Below, in pieces: positions 21,466 through 31,465 of a DNA stretch of 64,000 nt. The stretch's first letter is position 1. Every line of letters begins with the position of its first letter. Below the pieces are notes generated by a model. That model ran no database searches, had not been told where the DNA came from, and was given only the letters and a program-made list of their open reading frames with translations. Made by a program: the position numbers and the translations under genes. The stretch comes from Chloropicon primus (taxonomy: Eukaryota): NCBI GenBank assembly GCA_023205875.1, contig CP060765.1, positions 62,001 through 126,000 of the forward strand, read 5' to 3'.

Positions 21466-23806
21466 TCAGGCACTCCCGTTCCCGTTGGCCTCGTGGAAGA
21501 CCCCGTTATCTGCCGGGGCGACGGCCTTGGCGGGCTTTCTCGCTTCACTTTGCATCTTTCTGCTAACCATCTGTCGCCTGTGACAGATGGCACAGAACGT
21601 GTTGAGCTTGCATTTCTTCTCAGGGGAAATGTACGAAGCAAAGTTCTTCCAGGTGTGGCACTGAGTGCACCACTTGAGGAACACCTTCCCGTCCTTGGAC
21701 TCAAGGCACAAAAGATGCCTCAGCCTGTGGTCGACCTTCTTGCGATTCAGGTTGAACCCCCGGATGGAGGCACAATTCGCGTCGATCCAAGCCTGGTAAG
21801 AGGCCTGGCCCTCCCCCTTGACGCAATCGGAGCAGAAGCCGGTGAACTTGTAGTTTTCCAGCTTCTTTTTCGCCTCCGAAGTGCTTCTGACGTTGCAGCA
21901 GGAGTCCGATTTGGTGGCCACGAATCTCCAGCTTTTCTCGCCAGTCTCCTGATCCAGGTTTGGAAACATCAGCACAGGGCCCAGGGAGTTTATGCACACC
22001 TTTTGGTTGTCGCTCACCCTCAAGTTTGGGTGGTACACCTTTCCCTGGCTCCTCTCGCGCTCGATGATTTCTGACAAGTTCCCCCTTTTCGGTATTGGAT
22101 TGTTCTCCTCAACAAAGTCAGGAATTTTGTCAAAGGGAAAGAACAGAATGTCTCCCACCCTGTTAGGGCTCTCGTAGTACTCCCTCAGTGTCGCCTTATC
22201 GACTTTCACGCTGTCCAGGGCCTCCACGAACACCTGCTCATTCGGGTACCAGAAAGAAAAGTCGGTCACGGGTATGCTGTTCAAGTACTCCAGCTGCATC
22301 GCCCTGAGCCTCTTTGCTTCCTCCGGGCTGACTTCCGAGTGCTTCCTCTTGCTCTTCTTCTTCGCACAATTGCTGCCAGCATGATGCTGCAGTGAAGAAC
22401 GCGCGGTTGTGGCAAGCTGGCCGCCCTCCCCTGTCGTAGCCGCGCCGTTTCCGACCGCCTCTCCGTTCAACTTCTGCTGCTCAGAGATTTCGGGCGTCTT
22501 CGGGGCATCGACTACTGCGGAGACCCCTCCTATGGTGACGTTCCCGGCCACGGGCAGCCCATTCACGCCCTGAGTGGCGTGGGGCTGAGCCGCGTCTTCG
22601 ATGACTTCGCGAGCCTGCTCCACGACGCTAGCGGGGACCGAAGGCTGGGTGATCCCGGCCCCAACCCCCTGCTGGATGGCATCGCTCGACATTTTGCTCT
22701 TCTTCTCGTTCCTTCTCTTCTGCAGCTGCTTTTCCCTGGACTTGACTTGCCTCTCGTAGCAGTTCCCGCAAAAGGTGTCGATGCCTGGGCTGGGATCCTC
22801 CGGATTGCTCATCATCCCGGAGCAGAACTCGTTGAGATTCTTCCACAGGTGGCACTGGGTGCACCACTTCAGGAAGACTTTCCCTTCGTCCATCTCCAAG
22901 CAAAGCATGTGCCTGAGCTTGGTCTCCCCCTTGTTCCTCTGCAAGTTGAAGCCGCGGACAGTCTTGCAGCCGTTGACCCTCCAGTTTTCCTCCGAGCCCA
23001 TTTCGGAACCAAACACGTGGTACTGGCAGAAGCCCGTGTTCTTGTAGTTTCCGAGCGTCTTCCTGTTCCTGTTCTGGGAGCAGCAGTTCCCCTGGCCGTC
23101 CTTGGCGAGCTCGGCCTCGACGAAAGAGTTCTCCCCCTTCATGGGATACAGCAAGGTTGGCCTGAGGGAGACGATGCAACGCCCTTGAAGGTCGCTTATT
23201 TTCGTCAGGACCCTCCCCTTCTCCTGGAGGGAGTGCTCCGGCTCCAACGCTGGGTGGGGTGCGTGCGCCACCTCGCCGTTGGGCATGGGGATGATGGGGT
23301 GCTTCTTCCGGATCATGCGGGAGCTCACCTCGAAGAGCGGCAGGCCGCGCTCCCTCTTGAAGCAAAGGATGTCGAACAGACGGTTCTTTCGGGACAGGTG
23401 AGTCCTCAGGACCTCCTTCACCTGCAGCAGCGGAGATAGGGCGAATAGTGAGGACGCGAGTTAGTTAGTTCAAAGAAGCGGGCGAGAGGTAGTGGACGTG
23501 ACGTGACGTGACATGACGGGACGGGACGTGATGCGACTCGCATTCTCAGGAGCAGAAGCGAGCGCAGTAATCGTCCAAGAAAGCCGAGACGTATTCGTCC
23601 AAGAAGTTCTTGCATACCTGGGCATCCTCCGTCTCGCCCTCGGCCCCGTCGTCCTCGACAAGCCTCTTCGAGGACACCGTGATGGAGACCCTGTCCACGG
23701 CCTTCCAGAACGTGTCCTCGTTCGGCTCAAAGGTCGCCGGATCCGAATCCTCGCTGCTCGCCTTCTCGCCCCCGAACCCTTGCATCTCCACCAGGGAAGA
23801 GTTCAT
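21466..23806 (-). CDS. Protein with an internal duplication of a Cys/His-rich SBP-like zinc-binding module; exons 23806-23618, 23421-21466
   Basis: CAG|GTATGC donor, CTAAC branch and CTGCAG acceptor in phase 0. Two copies of ...GFC...RGFNL.R.K...LRH.LCLE...GKVFLKWCTQCH.WKN...TFC..C..RQ. Confidence 0.8.
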
Positions 23807-25020
23807 TGCGACTGGCTGACTCTCCAGGAGAGAGACAGAGACAGATAGAGTGTGTGTGTCCCACCGAACTCCAGCAACCTTTGTGGTGGTGGTTGGTGGT
23901 CCCGCCGCGCTCGACAAGAAGTCTGTGACACGCCGATCCAAAAGCCCTTCACCTCCTCCTCTTCCCTCGATCCTTTGGTCCTCCCTCTCCCTGCTGCCAG
24001 GTCGTGACACACGAATCGAATCGAATCGAATCGATGGTTGTGACAAAACACTCCGTTGCTTCTCCTCTGTCCCAGCAACCTCGACGCCTTCGCCCCTCTC
24101 GCGTTCACCACAATCCCTCGCAAGAGTTCAGTCGATGCGATTGGATGCAATGTTTGGATCAATGACGAAACAAGGAAGGGTCCTCCTCCTCCTCCTCCTC
24201 CTTTTGCTGCTGCTGATGCCCCGTTTACCGATTACCGATGCCTTCGTCTCGTTCTCGTTCTCGTCCTAAACCAAAAAAAGGATGAAGAATTAGAAGAAGA
24301 GGAAGAAGAACAAAAACCTGTCGTCGCCTTCCGCTCTCGTCCTCGTCGCCGCTCTCGTCGTCGTCGTCGTGATGATGTTCTCCTTCTCCTCGCCCAGGAC
24401 GCGGCACCTCGTGACTCCGGTCTCTGTCGATCTCCGCAATTCGCGAGACGAACGCAACGAGGCCAACAATGAGTGTACAAACATCGAACGGAACGTCACA
24501 AGGAGAACAACTACTACGATACGTGTGTCCCATTCTACGTGTGAGGTTTAATGTGTTGTTTTGGGTGTAAACAGCCGCCAGAGAACAAAACGAGGGAATA
24601 AAAAAAGTCGGCGGATCAGAAAAGGAGGAAACCTCGTCGGCGGCCTAGAGCGGAACGCATCTCGCTCCTCCTTCAAACAAGCAAGCGAGCGAGCAATGAA
24701 GTGAGGAAGAAGCTTGATGAATGCGCACATACACACACACGCTCTCTCTCTCTCTCTCTTTTTTTTTGTTCACCTCTCTCTCTCTCTCACACACATGGGG
24801 ATGAGGAAGACGAGAAAGCGGCGTCGGGATCATAATGGGTTCCCGACGTCCAGCCACGACGACGACGACGATGATGATGAATTGAAATGAGAATGGGAAT
24901 GGAAGATCTCACCCATTGACATGACTTTCGATGACTCACAAGGTAAGGCTTGGGACATTGGCTCCTCCCTTCCTCCTTTCTCTTCTCTTTCTGTTTTGAT
25001 TGGAATGGAATGGATCTCGT

Positions 25021-25120
25021 AGCTGCGAAGTGATGATACAACCAAACAACAACCATTTCCTTACCGAAGACTCAACATGAGAGAAACACTTTTACATGCA
25101 CCACCAGCTGATCGCTAGCT
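25021..25120 (+). ncRNA. Box C/D snoRNA, predicted guide for the 18S rRNA Um equivalent to yeast Um1269 (snR55/SNORD33-like)
   Basis: Box C GTGATGA 25030-25036, box D CTGA 25108-25111, terminal stem 25011-25028/25112-25128. Guide CATGCACCACCA is complementary to conserved 18S UGGUGGUGCAUG; the D+5 rule selects the U. Confidence 0.85.
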
Positions 25121-25321
25121 ACGATCCACAACAACTTTAACAGCAACAACAACAACAAAGGGTTGCTTGCTGCTTCTGCTGTTGTTGCTGTTGTTGTCTT
25201 CGCCTCCAACCACCCTCCCTGCCTCTCTCTCTCTTGAGTTGTTTCTCTCCCAATTGATCCATTGCAATTGGACTGACGCATCGCCTCCCTTCTTTCCTTC
25301 GCCGCCCTTGCAGGTAAGGTG

Positions 25322-25560
25322 CAGTTCGAAGGGCCACTTTCGGTGGACTCCATTTTTCCACTGGGCGAAAGTCCCCGGGCTCTGAGGCAGAGAGTGCCAA
25401 CCCTAACAGGGTGAGACCCCCGTGCCGGCTCTCGCTCCCCGGAGCTTGCTGCCCGCGGGGTAGATAGCCAAATCACACAGTTATGTGGCCAGCAGGCTGG
25501 AGTCTCCTCCCAGGAGGAGACGAAGGCCTTGCCAACTCAACGGGGCTTACTCTTGGGCTG
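25322..25560 (+). ncRNA. RMRP: RNase MRP RNA
   Basis: CR-I GAAAGTCCCCGG (25367-25378) pairs with CR-V ACGGGGCTTA (25540-25549) as P4. P8 GGCA-GAGAG-TGCC has the MRP-specific GARAR loop. Also P2 GGCCAC/GTGGCC, CR-IV AGTTA, P1 CAGTTCGA/TTGGGCTG and a P19 hairpin. Confidence 0.93.
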
Positions 25561-25668
25561 ACACCCCTCTCTTGAAGTGTGCGTTTCCTCCCTTCGTTCC
25601 AGAGAGAACAAGGTAAGGCGATGCGCAGCAGAGGGGAACGGACCGGGGTCGTGTGTTTTGTATTGCGC

Positions 25669-25755
25669 GTGAAGTGATGATTAGCAATCACCCATATCAC
25701 CTTGCAGACCTGTTCTGAATCTCGTTGATTGACACTCATGCACCCCTCTGATCAC
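25669..25755 (+). ncRNA. Double-guide box C/D snoRNA: 18S Gm equivalent to yeast Gm1428 (snR56/SNORD25-like) via D', probably Gm1271 equivalent (snR40/SNORD32-like) via D
   Basis: Box C GTGATGA 25674-25680, D' CTGA 25715, D CTGA 25748, GTGA/TCAC stem. TTGCAGACCTGTT pairs with 18S AACAGGUCUGUGA; CATGCACCCCT pairs with GUGGUGCAUG with one mismatch. Confidence 0.85.
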
Positions 25756-25971
25756 AAGCAAGCAAAACACACGAACCCCTTTCCGCCTCAGAAAAAAAAG
25801 TATCCAGAGGCGAGCGACTGACTCAAACCCCCCTCCCCTCCTTTCTTCATTCAGCTTAGGCGTGTCGGTATACAAGCATATATTCCTAAAGAAAAAGAAG
25901 AAGTCAGTCGCACAATAACGGCTCACTGGCACGCTCGTTGTCATTCATTACATTACTATTGGCTATTGCCT

Positions 25972-26699
25972 CTACTCGGCGCCGTCTGTCCCTTCCACGG
26001 CGACGACGAGGTTCTTGTGCAAGATGTAGCAGTCCGGAGGGTCGATCCTCTTGTAGTAGTTCGGGATCATCTCCTTGATCGAAAAGCCGTGCTTGCCGTA
26101 AAACCTTATCGCCCCATCGTTGTTTGTCTGCACGTGCAGGTAAGCCTCTTCTATGTTCGGGTCCTCCCTGGCCACCCGCAGGGAGTGCTCCAGAAGATGT
26201 GTCCCCACGCCAAGGTCCCTGTAAGGCGCTAATACTCCCAAAGTCATGATGTACAGTTTGGCTTTCCCTTCCCCTTTGCTTTCCAGACGGCAAGCGATCG
26301 CCCCCACGAGGATGTCGTTATAATACGCTGCAGCGCACGGGAAGAGGACAAGAAGGAGACTGTCAGCCCTCCGCAGGAACTAATTCTTCCCCCGAGCCAG
26401 CCCAATAACAACAACAACATCGACCATCAACTCACCTAGCTGCGTCACGTCGCCGCACGCTATGCAGTCACTGTAGAACTTGTCCTGAAGACAATTCGCG
26501 AACATCGGATGAGTCAGTGGCCTTCCCATTCCCAAGCAGGCAGGAAGGAAAGAAAGAAAGATGAATGGGCCAGTCAAGGACCGAGGAGATCCCATGGCAC
26601 CCCTACCTTATACTTGACAGGAAATATCGCAGCATTCAGTTGCTTCATTTGCTTCAAGTTCTTGTCCCTGACGGAATCCAAAACAATGTGGATCTTCAT
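25972..26699 (-). CDS. NAA50: N-alpha-acetyltransferase 50 (NatE catalytic subunit); exons 26699-26607, 26484-26436, 26327-25972
   Basis: LNAAIFPVKY, AYYNDILVGAIACRLE, YIMTLGVLAPYR.LGVG, YLHVQTNN and NYYKRI.PPD motifs. Both introns are in phase. Confidence 0.93.
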
Positions 26700-27215
26700 C
26701 CTGACTCCCTTCAGCTTCCTGGTGACCCGCCTCGACCTTGGCCGATCTGCTTGGCACTCCCTGACAAGAAACAAAACACAAACCCAGCAAACCATCATCA
26801 AACCTTCAGTTCAGTCTTCGTCACATCCTCACCAGGGCAACCCATCGTTCGACCAACCACTCGAAAGAAAGAGGAAGACTTCTTCCTTCGATCTACATCC
26901 TCCAACCACCGCTCCGACGACTCCTCCGCTCGTCCCGTCGCCTCGAACTCACCTTTCCAATGATGTGTCACTCTCCCCCTGCTCTCCAAGTTCCCGCCAA
27001 ATTGTGGGAAGCAACAGCTCGAGGAGGTGAGTGAGGGAGCGAGGCACGGCGACGGACGAAGGACGACGGGAGAGAGCGAGGAGGCGGACGAGAGGGTCTC
27101 AGTCGTGACCTTCGCGTCTCGATCTTTCGAACGACCCCTCGCCCGAAAGGAATGACGTTCTGGTGAGGCGTGGAGAGACTGAAACGTGTTTGCTTTTTCT
27201 TACGTCGTGTTTGGC

Positions 27216-28076
27216 ATGGGAAGGACCATGGCGCTCGGGGGAAGAACGCTTGCGAGGCTCGTGAGAGGGCATCCATCCCGGACCTTGAAGGGTGTGACTG
27301 GTTCGAGGAAAGTTTTGAGAACGCGCCGTCGCTGCAGCAGGCAGGGCTGGACGCCACCCAAGGCCCTCGATGAGAGTCTGTCCGAGATTACTCAAAGGAT
27401 TGCTACGTTGCCTGACCTCGGGACGGTGGTGTCGCTTCCTCCGCTTCCCGATGGCACGGAGTCCGTAAATAAAGTCCAGCTCGCGACCTCGTGCATCATT
27501 CTTTGCGTCCAGGTCGCCCTGATGGGTTCCGCGAGGTTCGGCGCGGGGAAGGAGAAGGAGAAGCAGAGCCTGTACACCAAGGAGGTCCTCAAGGAGGTGG
27601 AAGCCTTGAGAGGCCAGGTCGCCAGGATCGAGGGTGCTGCCGAGGAGCTGAGGGCGGAGGACGAGGAGGCCGAGACGCGTGTTCGAGACCAGCTCGAGTC
27701 CTCCAGGAGCGACTTCCTGGAGCTGAGGGAGCAGTTTTGCTCGTTGGAGGAAACCCAGGCCCAGATTCTGCGAGACCAGGTGCTGAGCGTGACCGAGGAG
27801 GTCGAATACATCCAGATCCTTCAGAACAAGTACAAGAGCGTGTCCAAGGACATCGAGGAGCTCAGGGCGTGCTTTGAGTCCCTCCAGTTGAAACTGGAAC
27901 AGAGGGAGAGCAAGGAGGAGAAGGAGGAGGGGGAGGCAAAGAAGCGCAGAGCCGGAGAGTCCCTTGCTTCACTCGCGTCGCCGGAGGCTATGAGAGGCAA
28001 GCCCCCTCCTTCCCTGCCCTCAATCAAGAGCGCGGAGAAGGAGCCGGAGAGACGGAATAACGAGAGCAAGCTTTAG
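27216..28076 (+). CDS. Hypothetical coiled-coil protein with one hydrophobic segment, possibly organelle-targeted
   Basis: Open frame with coding-like codon usage, Arg-rich N-terminus, LATSCIILCVQVALMG segment and heptads. Confidence 0.6.
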   Translation: MGRTMALGGRTLARLVRGHPSRTLKGVTGSRKVLRTRRRCSRQGWTPPKALDESLSEITQRIATLPDLGTVVSLPPLPDGTESVNKVQLATSCIILCVQVALMGSARFGAGKEKEKQSLYTKEVLKEVEALRGQVARIEGAAEELRAEDEEAETRVRDQLESSRSDFLELREQFCSLEETQAQILRDQVLSVTEEVEYIQILQNKYKSVSKDIEELRACFESLQLKLEQRESKEEKEEGEAKKRRAGESLASLASPEAMRGKPPPSLPSIKSAEKEPERRNNESKL

Positions 28077-28310
28077 TGTTGTACTTTTGATTTTGGATTC
28101 CAAGGACGAGGCGGGTCCTGGCCCTGTGAGGATCACCCCCGAGCGCCTCCTCTTCTCTCTTTCGAGCGAGAGTCACAGTAAAACTACCGATGGACGGTGC
28201 CCAACAATCTTCCGCAATCGTGAAGGGGATCTCCCTCCTCGTCCCTCCACGCCTTTGCCATCCATTCCATCACCACCTTCTTCCCCTTGTCTCGGAAGCA
28301 GAGAGGCAGC

Positions 28311-28345
<35 letters not shown>

Positions 28346-28527
28346 AGGGAGCGAAGGCGGAGGAGGACGGCAGTGCATGACACGTTGTGGACCTTCCCCT
28401 CACCCTCCGCTTCCTCCTTCCTAATGTGCGACATTAGAAAGGCACTGTCCCTAAACCTTCATCTCATCCGTTTCTCTTTCGTTATCCAGAATGAGAGGCT
28501 GGGAGAGAACGAAAGAGAGAGGGCGCC

Positions 28528-29361
28528 ATGGAAGGGAGCAGGGCGACGACGCGGAGGGCCGGGACGAGGGCGGTTGGGCTGGCACAGGCAGCGCGAGGAC
28601 GCGCCGTGAGGGCGATGTCGGGATCAGCCAAGCTTTACGACATCCCGGTGAGCAACAACGGAGCTCGCTGCAGGATTGCCATCTACGCTAAGGGCCTCGA
28701 GGACAAGATCGACATCGTTCCACCGTCGGATCTCGGTGGGATCAAGTCCGAGGAGTACATGGCGCTGAATCCGAAGGGCAAGATGCCGCTGCTGATCACG
28801 GAGGGCGGGATAGCGTTGTGGGAGAGCGAGGTCATCCTTCAGTACATTCTGGACAAGTACGATGGGCCGAGCTTCACCCTGGAGACCCCGGAGGAGAGAG
28901 CCCTGTGCGCGCTGAGCACCAAGATCTTCGACACGTACATGCAGCCGATCCAAGGTTGCCTGTACCGTGTGTCGGAGTCCGCCGAGCAGAGGGCGTCGGA
29001 GCTCAAGGTGATGGATGAGAATTTGCACACGCTGGAAGACTATTGCAGCGGCGGGGAATACTTTTGTGGCCCGAGCCCCTCGAGTGCGGACATGTCCCTC
29101 TTTCCCTCGTTTGTCTTCTTTGAGGTCATGCTCGAGCGGCACTTCGGCTGGAAGGACTGGGGCTACGAGAAGCCCAAGCTCAAGTCGTGGTACGACAACC
29201 TGAAGAGCGGCGGCGACGGGAGCGAGTTCACCAAGCACACGAGGAGGGTCTACGACGAGATTTACCAGGCCCTGGTCGCGTGGGAGGAAGGCGGGAGGTG
29301 GGAGACCACGGGGGTCAACGCCCACAAGAAGGAGGAGGAGTACAAGTGGGTGTACCCCTAG
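28528..29361 (+). CDS. Glutathione S-transferase family protein with a putative transit peptide
   Basis: LNPKGKMPLL...LWESEVILQYI (GST N-domain cis-Pro and ES motifs) and YFCGPSPSSADMSLFP in the C-domain. Confidence 0.85.
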   Translation: MEGSRATTRRAGTRAVGLAQAARGRAVRAMSGSAKLYDIPVSNNGARCRIAIYAKGLEDKIDIVPPSDLGGIKSEEYMALNPKGKMPLLITEGGIALWESEVILQYILDKYDGPSFTLETPEERALCALSTKIFDTYMQPIQGCLYRVSESAEQRASELKVMDENLHTLEDYCSGGEYFCGPSPSSADMSLFPSFVFFEVMLERHFGWKDWGYEKPKLKSWYDNLKSGGDGSEFTKHTRRVYDEIYQALVAWEEGGRWETTGVNAHKKEEEYKWVYP

Positions 29362-29523
29362 GCAGGCAGGCCTACCAGAGAGTTTCGATGTCGGCCAATC
29401 GAACGGTTGGTTGTTGTTGTTGTTGTCGTTGTCGGGGGGGCAAGGGGGGGCGAGGAGCACTCCGCCACAAACCAAGCCTCGCAGGATGATGAAAAACAGA
29501 GCTACCTTACATAATTGGTTTCT

Positions 29524-30495
29524 TTATTCGCGGACGGCCTCCAAAATTCTTGAGAAATAAAAGCTCGTAGCGGTCATGTCCCTCTTGGTGACCTTGAACC
29601 CGTTCTTGTTTAGGGCCCTCTCGACGTCCTCCTCGGCGTGCAAGTAGGCCCTGGTCGCCTTGGACTTTCCCGGGAAGAGCTCCCCGATCCTCTTGAGCAG
29701 CGAGTAGTACGGGGTCTTGGGCGCGAAGCTCATGATGATCCTGTCCTCCGACATGGACACGAGGTGGCCGATCATCTCCTCCATCTTGTTGTCCGGGTAG
29801 TGGATCATGACGTCGAGGCAGGCCACGGTGTTGAAGCTTCCGCGCACGCTCTCCAAGTCCGAGGCCTCGAAGGAGGGCCTCACAGCCTTCGAGCTCCCCT
29901 CGGCGGCGATCTCGAAGCGCCTGCTGGCCTCCTGGGTCATGGCCCCCGAAATGTCGCTAGCGCAGACGCTGGCCCCCCTCAGCGCGAGGGGGATGGTCAG
30001 GGACCCGGTGCCGCAGCCCGCGTCGCAGACGGTCATCCCCTCGATGCTCGCTCCGAACCAGTCGAGGGCGATGTCGATCGTCTTGGCGTGCCCATCCCTG
30101 ATGTCCCTCTGGACCTTGTTCACGTCCTCGGACTCGTCGTCGTAGATCCTCCTCCACCGCTGGAAGCCCTCCCCCTCAAAGTAGTCTCCGACCGACCTCA
30201 GCTCGTCCCCACCGGCCTCGTCCGCCATCTGCTGCCGCCTGACCTCCGGGTCCGTCGCGCTCTGGAACGCTGTCGCCAGGGCCCCGCCTCCCACCACCGC
30301 ACCAAACCCAGTCGCCACCGTGAGGACGTCCTCGCTGACCGCACGCGTCGTCGTCGTCGTCGTCGTTGTGGTGGGGTTAGTTGTCCTCCTCTCCAACGCC
30401 ATCCCGTGAAAACGCGGACCCGCCCTCGCCACGGAGCAGACGCCCTTCCCCTTGCACACCCTCGCGGCCACACTAGTCGACTTGCTGCTCATCAT
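29524..30495 (-). CDS. CHLM: Mg-protoporphyrin IX methyltransferase
   Basis: GFQRWRRIY, VNKVQRDIRDGH, VCDAGCGTGSL, CLDVMIHYP and SKATRAYLH motifs, plus a transit peptide. Confidence 0.96.
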   Translation of the reverse strand: MMSSKSTSVAARVCKGKGVCSVARAGPRFHGMALERRTTNPTTTTTTTTTRAVSEDVLTVATGFGAVVGGGALATAFQSATDPEVRRQQMADEAGGDELRSVGDYFEGEGFQRWRRIYDDESEDVNKVQRDIRDGHAKTIDIALDWFGASIEGMTVCDAGCGTGSLTIPLALRGASVCASDISGAMTQEASRRFEIAAEGSSKAVRPSFEASDLESVRGSFNTVACLDVMIHYPDNKMEEMIGHLVSMSEDRIIMSFAPKTPYYSLLKRIGELFPGKSKATRAYLHAEEDVERALNKNGFKVTKRDMTATSFYFSRILEAVRE

Positions 30496-31017
30496 CCTCA
30501 CCAACTCTTGCTGAACTCTTCAATCAATCAATCACAATGGGGAATGGGGAATGGGAATGGGAAAACCAAACCAAACCAAACCAACAGCTGCTTGATCGAC
30601 GGATTGATCTCTGGAACGAATGCGCCAATCGGAAGACCTCCTCCTCGCTGTTGTTGAAACCAATGCCCTGCTCGTGTCCGTCACGCTCACTCTATCCATT
30701 TCCACCGCCGAAACCAAACAGAGACAACACAGACGCTTTCCCCGTCAGTCCACGAAGAAGAAGAAGAAGAAGATGATGATGATGATGAAGAGGATGATGA
30801 TCCACCGCCATGGGAAGCTGCTTACCTTCTCTCCTCCTCGTCCCCGTAGAATGGAATGGATATGAGATGTATCAGGGATCAAACTCCCTCTCTCGCTCTC
30901 GCTCGTCGCACAACAACAACAACAGCAACAACAACAACAAAACGCAAGCGCAACAACCGAAAAAGAAAAACGCGGCGATGGATGGACGCAACTACGTCAC
31001 TGCTCTCCTCTCTCCGC

Positions 31018-31050
<33 letters not shown>

Positions 31051-31465
31051 GGTGATGGTCTGCGCCTTTCTGTTTCCTCATTGGCCGAGGCTCTCTCGTT
31101 ATCCTCAATCTCACACTCGAAATGCGACATCCGAGGATAAGATGAAAACACTACAAGAGGGGAGGGTGAGTTGGTTTACACTGATGTATGCAACCTTCGG
31201 ATCAGATTTTCAAGATGTGGGGCTGGGAAGTCACGAGGCGTCCAGGAGGGCGAAGGAGGCTGGAAGGTGAGTGTTTGGACGAGGCGTGACAACGGAGGGG
31301 GATCGGGATGGACTGTACCGACCTACCAATCGATGATTCGTCTCGATCTCTCGCGAATGAGCCGTCGCTCGTCGTTTTTGGCGAGATTTTGAGTGGACTG
31401 CGTTGCTGATGTTTGTTGTTGTGTCGTGTCCTCGTGAGCAAGCGCAGAGAGACCAGAGGGGAGGG

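Larger units (their letters stand above)
24943..25854 (+). other. Spliced, apparently non-coding host transcript for small RNAs: introns 24943-25313, 25314-25602, 25613-25854; zero-length exon at 25313/25314; 10-nt exon 25603-25612
   Basis: Three AG|GTAAGG donors, three CTGAC branch sites (25273, 25558, 25818) and pyrimidine tracts ending in CAG. Each intron holds one structured RNA. Confidence 0.75.

Noticed and set aside
23546..24046. Separate 166-aa ORF or bicistronic arrangement upstream of the 651-aa ORF
   Set aside because: A canonical phase-0 intron (23617-23422) joins them, and the first exon contains the start of the duplicated module.
24795..24890. 31-codon ORF and GC hairpin in the presumed first exon of the small-RNA host
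   Set aside because: Low-complexity peptide (poly-Asp from a GAC/GAT microsatellite) with no recognisable motif, and the hairpin lacks snoRNA boxes.
25322..25560. Alternative identification as RNase P RNA
   Set aside because: The GARAR P8 loop and the AAAGTCCCC/GGGGCT P4 sequence are MRP-type, not P-type.
28449..28458. CCCTAAACCT as a telomerase RNA template
   Set aside because: A short match in a GST promoter/5' region with no recognisable snRNA-type promoter or terminator. A telo-box-like motif or chance is more likely.
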